Origin: an uncultured Gammaproteobacteria bacterium
GTDB lineage: Bacteria; Patescibacteriota; Microgenomatia; UBA8517
DNA length: 64,000 nucleotides
Assembly: GCA_964427735.1 (NCBI GenBank)
Contig: CAYRUS010000001.1
Span: forward strand, 666,756-730,755
Direction of reading: 5' to 3'
The translations under genes and the position numbers were made by a program. Shown here one piece after another: positions 19,431-28,682 of this stretch (position 1 is its first letter; every line of letters starts with the position of its first letter). The notes under the pieces were generated by a model. It was not told the DNA's origin and made no database searches. It worked only from the letters and a program-made list of their open reading frames with translations.

Positions 19431-20333
19431 ATGTCCAAACTTCTTTTAATTGATGGGAATGCAATAATTCACCGTGCTTATCATGCAATGCCTGCCTTGA
19501 CTACAAAAGATAATAAACCCGCAGGTGCTGTCTATGGTTTTATCAATATGCTGCTTCGGGTAATCCAAGATCTAGAACCAACTCATATTGCAGTATGTTT
19601 TGATAGACCAGAGCCAACATTTAGAAAAGAAATATTCAAAGAGTATCAGTCTCACAGACCGGAAATGGATGAAGATTTAGGAGTCCAGTTTGCTACAGTC
19701 AAGAGCGTATTGGAGGCAATGAATATACCGGTGTTTGATAAGGCAGGGTATGAAGCAGATGATCTGATTGGGACTTTAGCAAAAAAAGGAAAAAACAAGG
19801 TGTTTGATCAGGTTATTATTGTTACAGGAGACAAAGACATACTTCAGTTAGTGGACGACAAAGTAAAAGTTTATCTACCTATTCGAGGACTATCTAATGC
19901 AAAACTTTTTGGGAAAAAAGAAGTAAAAGAAAAACTTGGAGTTGAACCAGAGCAGATAGTAGATTTAAAGGCATTAATGGGAGATCCTTCAGACAATTAT
20001 CCAGGTGTTTTTGGCATTGGTCCAAAAACAGCAATAAAATTATTACAAAAATACAAAAGTTTTCCCGACATATACAAAAATTTAAATTCGATAGAAGACA
20101 ATATCGCCAAAAAGCTACAAGACGGAAAAGAAAATGGAGAAATTTCGTACAAATTAGCAAGAATTAATACAGAAGTAGATTTTGAGTATGATTTAGACAA
20201 TATGGTTAAGTGGAGGATTGACAGTGTAGAAGTGATATCTTTATTTGAAGATTTAGGGTTTAAAACACCTATAAAAAGGGTAATGGATGTTGCCGCAAAA
20301 ATTAATACAAGCGGACAGGATAGCTTATTTTAA
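19431..20333 (+). CDS. 5'-3' exonuclease / flap endonuclease (stand-alone Pol I N-terminal-domain homolog)
   Basis: LLLIDGNAIIHRAYHA start, acidic metal-binding clusters, helix-hairpin-helix region (GIGPKTA); 300 aa. Confidence 0.75.
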   Translation: MSKLLLIDGNAIIHRAYHAMPALTTKDNKPAGAVYGFINMLLRVIQDLEPTHIAVCFDRPEPTFRKEIFKEYQSHRPEMDEDLGVQFATVKSVLEAMNIPVFDKAGYEADDLIGTLAKKGKNKVFDQVIIVTGDKDILQLVDDKVKVYLPIRGLSNAKLFGKKEVKEKLGVEPEQIVDLKALMGDPSDNYPGVFGIGPKTAIKLLQKYKSFPDIYKNLNSIEDNIAKKLQDGKENGEISYKLARINTEVDFEYDLDNMVKWRIDSVEVISLFEDLGFKTPIKRVMDVAAKINTSGQDSLF

Positions 20334-21448
20334 TGAAAGTAGTAATTGTTCATGATTATTTAATCGATTACGGTGGAGCCGAAAAAGTCCTCCTTTCTTT
20401 ACATGAACTTTATCCCAAAGCTCCTATTTATGTGTCTGTCCTTGATAAAAAACGCATGGGGAAGTTTATGGATGATTTTAAGAATGCAGATATTCGTCAA
20501 AGTTGGTTTGGCAGACTTCCTTTTACCTCGAAGTTTATTTCTCCTCTAAGATTTCTCCTCCCCTGGATTTGGGGAAGTTTTGATTTTTCAGATTATGATT
20601 TAATAATATCTTCTTCTAGTTGGGCAGTAACTAAAGGATTTAAAAAAGGCAAAAAAACAATTGAGATTTCTTATACTCACACACCTCCTAGATATTTGTA
20701 TGGCTATGATATGTCAAGGAAATGGCAAGAAAAGTGGTACAAAAATCTCATCAAATTATATTCGCTTATTGTTAATCATTTTATGAGGATGTATGACTTT
20801 GATCAGGCACAGAAAGTTGATCATTTTATTGTAAATTCAGAAAACGTGGGTAAAAGGGTAGCTAAGTTTTACAGAAGAGAATATGAAGTAATTTATCCAC
20901 CAGTTGAAGTGGATAAATTTATGAACGACAAAATTAAACCTATTGAGGAAGATTATTTTCTTACAGGTGGTAGACTTGTAGCGGCAAAAAATTTTGATTT
21001 GATAATAAAAGCGTGCATTAAGGAAAATATACCTTTAAAAATATTCGGTTCAGGGATAGACGAAGAAAGGCTTAGAAGTTTTGCAAAAGGGAAAAAGGTA
21101 GAGTTTTTAGGTAAGTTACCTGATGAAAAACTAATAGCTTATTTTAAGGGAGCTAAAGCATTTATTGTTGCACAAAAAGATGAAGATTTTGGGATGACAT
21201 TAGTTGAGTCTATGGCGGCTGGGACTCCTGTTATTGCCTATAAAGGCGGTGGTTATGTAGAAAGTGTTGTTGAAGGCGAGACGGGTTTGTTTTTTGAGGA
21301 GCTTAATGTAAATTCTTTAGCCAAGACAATAAAAAAGTTTGAGAAAATGAAGTTTAACAAAAAAACTCTTGAGTCCCATGCTAAAAAATTTTCAAAAGAG
21401 AGGTTTAAGAGGGAAATAAGTGAGTTTGTGGAGGAAAAGGTTGGATGA
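20333..21448 (+). CDS. Glycosyltransferase family 4 (GT-B fold)
   Basis: EDFGMTLVESMAAGTPVIA motif (E-x7-E region of GT4), 371 aa. Confidence 0.7.
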   Translation: MKVVIVHDYLIDYGGAEKVLLSLHELYPKAPIYVSVLDKKRMGKFMDDFKNADIRQSWFGRLPFTSKFISPLRFLLPWIWGSFDFSDYDLIISSSSWAVTKGFKKGKKTIEISYTHTPPRYLYGYDMSRKWQEKWYKNLIKLYSLIVNHFMRMYDFDQAQKVDHFIVNSENVGKRVAKFYRREYEVIYPPVEVDKFMNDKIKPIEEDYFLTGGRLVAAKNFDLIIKACIKENIPLKIFGSGIDEERLRSFAKGKKVEFLGKLPDEKLIAYFKGAKAFIVAQKDEDFGMTLVESMAAGTPVIAYKGGGYVESVVEGETGLFFEELNVNSLAKTIKKFEKMKFNKKTLESHAKKFSKERFKREISEFVEEKVG

Positions 21449-21503
21449 AATTTAGAAAATCAACTTATATACGGAAGTCTTGTTTGTAAACTGAAACCCC
21501 TAA

Positions 21504-22064
21504 CTAGCTTTCTAGCTTATGCAATCTGGATTGGAGGCAATATAAAGATAAATAATAAGCGGCTTGTAACTTTTCAAATTGATTTAATTCAGCTAAATAG
21601 TGTTCTTTTCGGGATTGATGGCCTGATACTAATACAAATGGTTTTCCTCGTCCATATCTGTGCGTAGGTTCTGTGACTGATAAATTTAAATGATACTCTC
21701 CTTTTTGATCTAATATTTCTAATGTAGACACTTTAACTTCAGTATTGTTTTCGACTGCTTTGACATTAATATTCATCTCATAAATTGGATCTAAAGTTCC
21801 CATAATTGTGTTACTAAGTCTTTCAGACATATTAAACCTTTCAGCAGAATGATAATAAATAAGTTCACTACCGGATGATTCAAATTGTTCTCCTGCTTTG
21901 TATAGTATATTTATATGTTTAAAAAATCCTTCAAGAAATGTAGGAGTTAATTCATTTTCAATTTGTTGAGCTTCTAATCCTTTTAATATACTTAATTGGT
22001 CTGGAGAGATGTTTAATTCATTTTTCATTAGTATAAATATAATTAAAAAACAAAAAAACGTCAA
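21504..22064 (-). CDS. Hypothetical protein with N-terminal TM/signal segment
   Basis: 186 aa ORF, hydrophobic N-terminus, no recognised motif. Confidence 0.4.
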   Translation of the reverse strand: MTFFCFLIIFILMKNELNISPDQLSILKGLEAQQIENELTPTFLEGFFKHINILYKAGEQFESSGSELIYYHSAERFNMSERLSNTIMGTLDPIYEMNINVKAVENNTEVKVSTLEILDQKGEYHLNLSVTEPTHRYGRGKPFVLVSGHQSRKEHYLAELNQFEKLQAAYYLSLYCLQSRLHKLES

Positions 22065-22144
22065 TAGTAAATATATATGAGTATTGGCTTTTTTGAATTA
22101 AAATATAGTCATAAATTATTAGAAATTGCTGATATAATAAGTCC

Positions 22145-22999
22145 ATGCCGGAGCTTCCTGAAGTAGAGACAATAAGAATTCAATTGGAAAAATTTATTGT
22201 AGGACATAAAGTAGAAGATATAAAAATCAACAACGAAAGATCTTTCCTAGGAAACAAACAAAATATCATTGGTGCAAAGATAAAAAGTGTTAGAAGATTT
22301 GGAAAAGTTTTGTCAGTAGATTTTGATAATGACTACTCAGCAGTAATACATGTAAAAATGACAGGACAGTTAATTTATACAGGTCCATATTTAGAATCGC
22401 CTCCAAAACAGAGTAAAAAAATAGTTGGTGGTGTTCCGGGGAGACACACTCATGTGGTTTTTGAGCTAGATAAGAATGGTGTTTTATACTTTAATGATCT
22501 TCGGAAATTTGGCTGGATTAAAGTTGTCCCAACAAATGAAGTACAAAAAATTGGTCTTATTAATAAAATGGGGCCAGAGCCATTAAACGATCTTACTTTG
22601 GATAAATTTAAAGAAATAATTAGATCAACAAAAAGATCAATAAAAGTTTTGTTGATGGATCAATCAAAAATTGGCGGAGTAGGAAATATTTATGCAAATG
22701 ATGCTTTGTATCTTGCCAAAATTCATCCAGAAAGACAAGCAAACAGCTTGAATGAGAATGAAATAAAAGATCTTTTTGAGAGAATCGAGGAAGTTCTTAA
22801 AAAGGGAATTTCTACTAAAGGTTCTAGTGAAAATTCTTATGTGACTCCTGATGGATCGGAAGGTACCTACCAAAACCACACTGTAGTTTATGGTAAAGAT
22901 GGAGAAAAATGTGAACGTTGCGGATCTATCATCCAAAAATCTAAAGTAGGTGGAAGAGGAACTTATTTTTGTCCTAAATGTCAGAATATCTCAATTTAG
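22145..22999 (+). CDS. mutM: Formamidopyrimidine-DNA glycosylase (Fpg/MutM)
   Basis: MPELPEVETI N-terminus (catalytic P2, E3), H2TH region, C-terminal CxxC...CxxC zinc finger; 284 aa. Confidence 0.85.
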   Translation: MPELPEVETIRIQLEKFIVGHKVEDIKINNERSFLGNKQNIIGAKIKSVRRFGKVLSVDFDNDYSAVIHVKMTGQLIYTGPYLESPPKQSKKIVGGVPGRHTHVVFELDKNGVLYFNDLRKFGWIKVVPTNEVQKIGLINKMGPEPLNDLTLDKFKEIIRSTKRSIKVLLMDQSKIGGVGNIYANDALYLAKIHPERQANSLNENEIKDLFERIEEVLKKGISTKGSSENSYVTPDGSEGTYQNHTVVYGKDGEKCERCGSIIQKSKVGGRGTYFCPKCQNISI

Positions 23000-23039
23000 C
23001 AAACATAAATTCAGAATTATTTAAGAAAAATTTTTTGTA

Positions 23040-23786
23040 ATGGAAAGATCCAAGAGAATTAATGTTTCTTCAAAGGAATTTGGCAATTATGGAGAATTGG
23101 TAATGTTTGATTCAGTCGGACAAGAATTTGCTGCTGATTACACCTTTCTTTCAAGACTTGATATCTATGATATTGGTTTGATTCCGAATGTCGGGGTGGG
23201 AATTGATTTAAATATTGGTGGTTTTTCCAAGGATGCCGGTACTTTTGATGTAAGAGGTTGGTATCCTTTAGCAAAAATCCCAGAATCACTAAGAGATAAG
23301 GTTGAGGTTTTGGCAATGGAGGCAAAAGGTTTTAAATGGGATTTACATTTGACAAAAATTCAATTACTTGACGCCGGAAGAATTACCAATCCTGTCGTTG
23401 AGGTTTTAAGAAATAATAATGAGTATTTTATTCCAGATGTTACAGATTACTTAAGGATTCGTTTATTAGGAGGGCGAGGAGGTGTAGGTGAAAAATTCGA
23501 TTTAGATTTTAGAGAGGATCTTGTTCCGGCAAAAGTAGTTAGAGTTAGGACTAAAGAATTAAAAATACATACTTCAAGTGACATGTCATCAAGCTATATC
23601 ACTTTGGGTGGAAGAGAATTGTTTATAGTTATTCCGGAAAGTGAAGATTCAGTTAAAAAATATGCAACAAACGCAAGTATTTTAAGTGTATTAGGCAATA
23701 AAGATCTTGGTTTGTCAGACAAATGGTGGTTTAGAGGAGTTATTGAGAGGTCAGATTTTAATCTTATTGAATGGGATGGCGATTAG
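23040..23786 (+). CDS. Hypothetical protein
   Basis: 248 aa ORF with coding-like composition, no recognised family. Confidence 0.4.
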   Translation: MERSKRINVSSKEFGNYGELVMFDSVGQEFAADYTFLSRLDIYDIGLIPNVGVGIDLNIGGFSKDAGTFDVRGWYPLAKIPESLRDKVEVLAMEAKGFKWDLHLTKIQLLDAGRITNPVVEVLRNNNEYFIPDVTDYLRIRLLGGRGGVGEKFDLDFREDLVPAKVVRVRTKELKIHTSSDMSSSYITLGGRELFIVIPESEDSVKKYATNASILSVLGNKDLGLSDKWWFRGVIERSDFNLIEWDGD

Positions 23787-23841
23787 ATAAAATAAATAAA
23801 AGTCATTTTGCACTAACTTCAAATGATATAATCACCGATAG

Positions 23842-24924
23842 ATGAAACTTTCAAAAATTTATCTATCTAATTTCCGAAATTTTGAGGAAAAATTAATTGA
23901 GTTTTCGGATAGGACGACTGTTTTTATCGGGGATAATGCTGTAGGGAAAACAAATATTCTTGAATCAATTTATTTGCTCTCTCTTGGTAAAAGCTTCAAA
24001 GCCACAAAAGAAGAAGAAATGATCAATTACAATGTAGAAATTGCTAGGGTAAAAGGTCTTTTAGAAAAAGATGGTGAAAGTTATAAACCGGAAATAGTTT
24101 TGACTCGAGGATATATCACGATTGATGAAGAATCAGGAAAGAAAGAAAAAGTAGGAAGAAAGCGACTTTTATTGAATGGTGTAGGAAAACGGTTGGTGGA
24201 TTTTTCCGGTAACTTTAAATCAGTATTGTTTAGTCCTCAGGATATGGATTTAGTCACAGAGTCCCCAAGTATAAGAAGAAAATTTCTTGATAATGTTTTA
24301 TTTCAAGTAGATAGGGAATACAGGCGTTCTTTAATCTCATATAACAAAGGTTTACGTAGAAGGAACAAAGTGCTAAAAAAAATTCGTGATGAAGGTGCTC
24401 CGCGAAGTCAGTTATTGTTTTGGGATAAACTTTTAATAAAAAACGGTGATTATATTGTAAACAAGCGAGAAGAATTTATAGATTTTGCTAATTCTCAAGA
24501 CATAAAAATAGATAAAAATTATTCAATTTTGTATGACAAAAGCGGTATTAGTGAGGCTAGATTGAAAAAATATTCTAATGAAGAAGTAGCAGCGGCTACA
24601 ACATTAGTTGGACCGCACAGAGATGATTTTATATTTAAAATGAAAAAAGATGACACCTCAGAAGATGAATTGGCACTTTATGGTTCTAGAGGAGAACAAA
24701 GAATGGGAGTACTTTGGTTAAAATTATCCGAGGTTATTTTTATCGAAGATCAGACAAAAGAAAAGCCACTGCTTTTGCTTGATGATATATTTTCTGAATT
24801 AGATTCTGAACATAGAGAAATTGTTCTTAATATTTCCAAAAATCAACAAACAGTCATAACTACTGCAGATTCACAGTTTGTTGAGGGTATGAGCGGTGTG
24901 GAAAAAATTGAAATTAGCGGTTAA
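23842..24924 (+). CDS. recF: DNA replication and repair protein RecF
   Basis: MKLSKIYLSNFRNFEE, Walker A GDNAVGKTNILESI, ABC-signature-like and Walker B LLLLDDIFSELD; 360 aa. Confidence 0.85.
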   Translation: MKLSKIYLSNFRNFEEKLIEFSDRTTVFIGDNAVGKTNILESIYLLSLGKSFKATKEEEMINYNVEIARVKGLLEKDGESYKPEIVLTRGYITIDEESGKKEKVGRKRLLLNGVGKRLVDFSGNFKSVLFSPQDMDLVTESPSIRRKFLDNVLFQVDREYRRSLISYNKGLRRRNKVLKKIRDEGAPRSQLLFWDKLLIKNGDYIVNKREEFIDFANSQDIKIDKNYSILYDKSGISEARLKKYSNEEVAAATTLVGPHRDDFIFKMKKDDTSEDELALYGSRGEQRMGVLWLKLSEVIFIEDQTKEKPLLLLDDIFSELDSEHREIVLNISKNQQTVITTADSQFVEGMSGVEKIEISG

Positions 24925-24934
24925 AATTAGAAAG

Positions 24935-25156
24935 ATGAACAAATCAAACAAAGAAATTCCCTCCAGGAGTCTTTTTACACAAGTAGCTAAGGGAGTGTTT
25001 AGACCGACAACAGAAGTTGAACAGAACCATAAGAATAGCACTAATAGTACCCAACAATCAGAAGGTGGTAGCAGTGAATCAACAAAAAAGAAAAAGAAGC
25101 ATACAACAGGGCACTCGCATGCGGCACATATTGAAGCCGCTCTGGATAAAGACTAA
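24935..25156 (+). CDS. Small hypothetical protein downstream of recF (DUF721/DciA-like position; unverified)
   Basis: ORF track gives 24896..25156 overlapping the recF end; an internal Met at 24935 avoids the overlap. Lys/His-rich tail. Confidence 0.25.
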   Translation: MNKSNKEIPSRSLFTQVAKGVFRPTTEVEQNHKNSTNSTQQSEGGSSESTKKKKKHTTGHSHAAHIEAALDKD

Positions 25157-25162
25157 CTTTTA

Positions 25163-25495
25163 TTATTCTTTCTTTTCTACCCCGGCAATCTTGCTTAAGT
25201 TGTAAGTAACAAAAACAGCCAAAAACGTAACAATGACTGCATAGACAAAATGTGATACAAGTGCAGAGTCTTCCCCAAAAAGCGGTTGTATGTAAACATT
25301 TATCAATTCTTTGACAAATTCATTCCATGCAAGAGCAGCTACAAGCCCAAACCCAGAGGTCATTAGTTTTAAGGTTTTATCGGCAAACTCTTTTCTAAAA
25401 GCGGCTGCTTCTTTTGCTATTTTACTTTGGAGACGCTTTTCCACTTCGTGCTCGATTTGTTTTTTAGTTTCCTTGTCTAAATGTTTAGCTGCCAT
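25163..25495 (-). CDS. Small membrane protein, hypothetical
   Basis: 110 aa; charged N-terminal half, two hydrophobic helices at the C-terminus. Confidence 0.4.
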   Translation of the reverse strand: MAAKHLDKETKKQIEHEVEKRLQSKIAKEAAAFRKEFADKTLKLMTSGFGLVAALAWNEFVKELINVYIQPLFGEDSALVSHFVYAVIVTFLAVFVTYNLSKIAGVEKKE

Positions 25496-25581
25496 AAATT
25501 TTAGTATATCTAAAAATTATCCAAATTCATATTTAAGTATTTGCAAGTAGTGAGATTGTATGTATAGAATAAATACGTCTC

Positions 25582-26457
25582 ATGAATGTTTTTGACGGAA
25601 AAGGGCTACAAAATCTTTATCAACCAAAAAAAAACTCAAACGGTGAGGATAATGGTCAGATAACAATTATTGGTGGAAGCAAGCTTTTCCACGGAGCTCC
25701 TCTTTTTTCTTTAAAAACTGCTTCAAGAATTGTAGATATGGTTTTTTTTGCAACTCCCGAAAAGTCTGTTGGCTATGTTGCGGAGAAAATAAAATCCCAG
25801 TTGTTGTCATTTATCTGGATACCTTGGGAGGAAGTTGAGGAGTATATACAAAAAAGCGACGCTATACTAATAGGACCTGGATTTATGCGGTACTCATCTG
25901 AATCTGATGGACACAAATATGATACTGAATTTTGTGATGATGAATGCAAACAGACAAGAGAAATAACTAAACAGTTTCTAACTAAGTATTCAAAGAAAAA
26001 ATGGGTAATTGACGCAGGAAGTCTCCAAACGATGGAGGATATTTGGATACCTGAAGGAGCAATTATTACACCAAATAGAAAAGAGTTTGAGATTCTTTTT
26101 AAAATTAAAGGAGGAAAGGGTAAAAAAAAGATAACAGAGTTAGTTAGTAAAATGGCAAAAAATTATAAATGCACAATTGTACTTAAAGGACCAGAAACTA
26201 TAGTTTGTTCGCCAGATGATTGTATGGTGGTAAAAGGTGGTAATCCGGGGCTAACCAAGGGCGGAACAGGTGATGTGTTGGCGGGACTAACAACTGCTTT
26301 GTTTGCAAAAAATGATGCATTTTTATCTGCATTAGCTGCAAGTTATGTACAAAAAAAAGCTGCAGATGTTATTTATAAAGATAAAGGTCCTTATTATAAT
26401 TCAGATGACCTTGCAGATTTTATACCTGACGTCTTATTCAAGGAAGTAAAAAATTGA
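25582..26457 (+). CDS. nnrD: ADP-dependent NAD(P)H-hydrate dehydratase (YjeF C-terminal / Nnr2 family)
   Basis: ITIIGGSKLFHGAP, ITPNRKEFEIL, GGTGDVLAGL motifs of the carbohydrate-kinase-like YjeF_C domain; 291 aa. Confidence 0.7.
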   Translation: MNVFDGKGLQNLYQPKKNSNGEDNGQITIIGGSKLFHGAPLFSLKTASRIVDMVFFATPEKSVGYVAEKIKSQLLSFIWIPWEEVEEYIQKSDAILIGPGFMRYSSESDGHKYDTEFCDDECKQTREITKQFLTKYSKKKWVIDAGSLQTMEDIWIPEGAIITPNRKEFEILFKIKGGKGKKKITELVSKMAKNYKCTIVLKGPETIVCSPDDCMVVKGGNPGLTKGGTGDVLAGLTTALFAKNDAFLSALAASYVQKKAADVIYKDKGPYYNSDDLADFIPDVLFKEVKN

Positions 26458-26500
26458 GATTGATTATTACCGCATATTCTCCGTATAATTACTAAAGAAA

Positions 26501-27562
26501 ATGTACTCGCCAAAGTATTCAATATCAAACCAAATATTAAAAAACATCGGTGAGATAGAGGCTGCTAAGGAGGTAGTTGAAAACGCTCCACTAGTTCCTA
26601 GATTTGAAAAGCAGTTCAAAACCGATGCCCTTGTTAGAACAGTTCACCACGGAACTCATATTGAAGGAAATGATTTGAGTCTTGATCAGACAAGAGCAGT
26701 TCTTGAAGGTGAAAGTGTTGTCGCAAAAGAAAGAGATGTTCAGGAGGTTATTAACTACAGGAATGTGATGGATCTTTTGGATGAATACAAAAATGAAGAT
26801 AAATACACAGTGGAAATGCTTAAAAACATGCAAAGATATTGTGTTTTTAGAATTGTTCCAGAAGACAAAGTTGGAGTTTTTCGAAATACTCAAGTTGTTA
26901 TAAAAAATGAAGGAACTGGAGAAGTGATTATGAGGCCTCCTCCTGCAGTGCAAGTATCCTACATGGTGGAGGACTTCATTGATTGGTTAAATAGGCCAGA
27001 GGGAAAAGATATCCATCCTGTAATAAAGGCGGGTATAGCCCATTATGTGCTTGTTGCAATTCATCCTTTTGTTGAGGGAAATGGAAGAAGTGCAAGGGCA
27101 TTTGCAAGTCTTGTATTACTCAAGGAAAATTATGATATAAAACGATTTTTTGCTTTAGAGGAGCATTTTGATCATAACCCTGCGGGGTACTATGAAGCAT
27201 TTGCAGAAGTGGATAAGCAATCTGAGAATATTGCTGTCAGAGATCTGACTCCGTGGCTTGAGTATTTTACTAAAGTAGTGGCAATAGAGCTTACGAAGAT
27301 AAAAGAGGCTATAAGAAAGCTTTCGATAGACAGCCAAATAAAGATAAAAATCGGGCAGCAAATTAGTCTATCTGAAAGACAGATGAAACTGGTGGAATAT
27401 TTAGGACAAAACGGTGAAGCAAAAATGCAGGATCTTAAATCTGTGCTACCCATGGTATCAGAAGACACTGTTTTAAGAGATTTAAAAGATCTGATAGATA
27501 AAAAGATAGTCAAGAAAAAAGGAAAAACAAAAGCTGCTCGTTATCTTATGGTGGGGAAATAA
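26501..27562 (+). CDS. Fic family protein (AMPylase-type FIC domain) with C-terminal winged-HTH
   Basis: Canonical FIC motif HPFVEGNGRSARA (HPFx[DE]GNGRxxR); 353 aa. C-terminal DeoR-like HTH segment (MQDLKSVLPMVSEDTVLRDLKDL). Confidence 0.8.
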   Translation: MYSPKYSISNQILKNIGEIEAAKEVVENAPLVPRFEKQFKTDALVRTVHHGTHIEGNDLSLDQTRAVLEGESVVAKERDVQEVINYRNVMDLLDEYKNEDKYTVEMLKNMQRYCVFRIVPEDKVGVFRNTQVVIKNEGTGEVIMRPPPAVQVSYMVEDFIDWLNRPEGKDIHPVIKAGIAHYVLVAIHPFVEGNGRSARAFASLVLLKENYDIKRFFALEEHFDHNPAGYYEAFAEVDKQSENIAVRDLTPWLEYFTKVVAIELTKIKEAIRKLSIDSQIKIKIGQQISLSERQMKLVEYLGQNGEAKMQDLKSVLPMVSEDTVLRDLKDLIDKKIVKKKGKTKAARYLMVGK

Positions 27563-27668
27563 GATTTATCTTTTCCCGAATGTTTGCCTCTTTTTAATTA
27601 AATTCATATAATACACACTTAATATAGTTAATTGCAGTTTTGTCAACTGAGTTTGGCGTTTTTGTATT

Positions 27669-28673
27669 ATGTGGAAAGAAGTTTTTAAAAATAAAACAGA
27701 AAAAAGAAAATTAAGTGCTAGTTTACGTGATTTTCCAAACATCAAATATAAAAAGAACTTTGATCCTATTTTATTGATATCTGAGAATGCTGGAGTTATC
27801 AAAGAGTCTTGTCAAAAAAATATTAAAAACGGATCTAAGAAAACTACCTCCGAAGTAGTTGTTTTGAGACGCGAAGAAAATCTATCAAATGTCACTTTAG
27901 GCTTTAGAGTGGATGGCTGGGTACGCTATCCAATCATAAGAGACGATAAAGTCAGTTGGCATTGGCTTAAATGCGAGAAAAATAGATTAAACACACAAAA
28001 TGGAAATGGAATATATGAAATCTCTCGTTTGTCTGACTTAGAAGAACATGAAGTTAATTTGTATAAAGCTATATCAATATTACGCGCTGACATTGATACC
28101 CTTAAAAGGGAGCCAGAGAATTATCTTAAGTCTGACAAAAATATTGATTTACGTATTTGGGTTTATACTTTACGCTCTTCTACTCTTAACCTTGCACGCA
28201 ACGACCCTAATGACAGGTTAACATCAATGTTATTATATGAACACAGCAGGTTTGAAATTTTTCTTTCCAGAGCTGTTGCGTGTGGCAAAATTAAACTTTC
28301 GGATAAAATGTTTGTTGATAGTTTGGTACACCCAATGGAACTTACTCGCTATAGAGCTAGACTTGGCTGGATGGTAGAGAAAACAGAAGAACAAGTTACG
28401 GAATTTTTAAGGGAGTATAAAAAAGGTATTTATGATCCAAAAAAAGTTCAAGGTTTAAAGAAAGCTTATGAAATACTTGATAGTTTATATAAACATTCAT
28501 ATAGGATGAAAGAATCAGCGAATGAGTATTTTTCAGATGAAGTTATAAATTTGTATAGTAAGGATGACTTTTCTGGTGTTAGCTTGTTAAATTGGTTATA
28601 TAGGCTAGATAACAAAATGAGAGGAGTAAGTATAATAGAAAAAGTTGAAGCAAAAGCAACAGATTCAGAGTAA
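27669..28673 (+). CDS. Hypothetical protein
   Basis: 334 aa ORF between fic and DNA ligase; no recognised motif. Confidence 0.4.
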   Translation: MWKEVFKNKTEKRKLSASLRDFPNIKYKKNFDPILLISENAGVIKESCQKNIKNGSKKTTSEVVVLRREENLSNVTLGFRVDGWVRYPIIRDDKVSWHWLKCEKNRLNTQNGNGIYEISRLSDLEEHEVNLYKAISILRADIDTLKREPENYLKSDKNIDLRIWVYTLRSSTLNLARNDPNDRLTSMLLYEHSRFEIFLSRAVACGKIKLSDKMFVDSLVHPMELTRYRARLGWMVEKTEEQVTEFLREYKKGIYDPKKVQGLKKAYEILDSLYKHSYRMKESANEYFSDEVINLYSKDDFSGVSLLNWLYRLDNKMRGVSIIEKVEAKATDSE

Positions 28674-28682
28674 AATGAAGAT

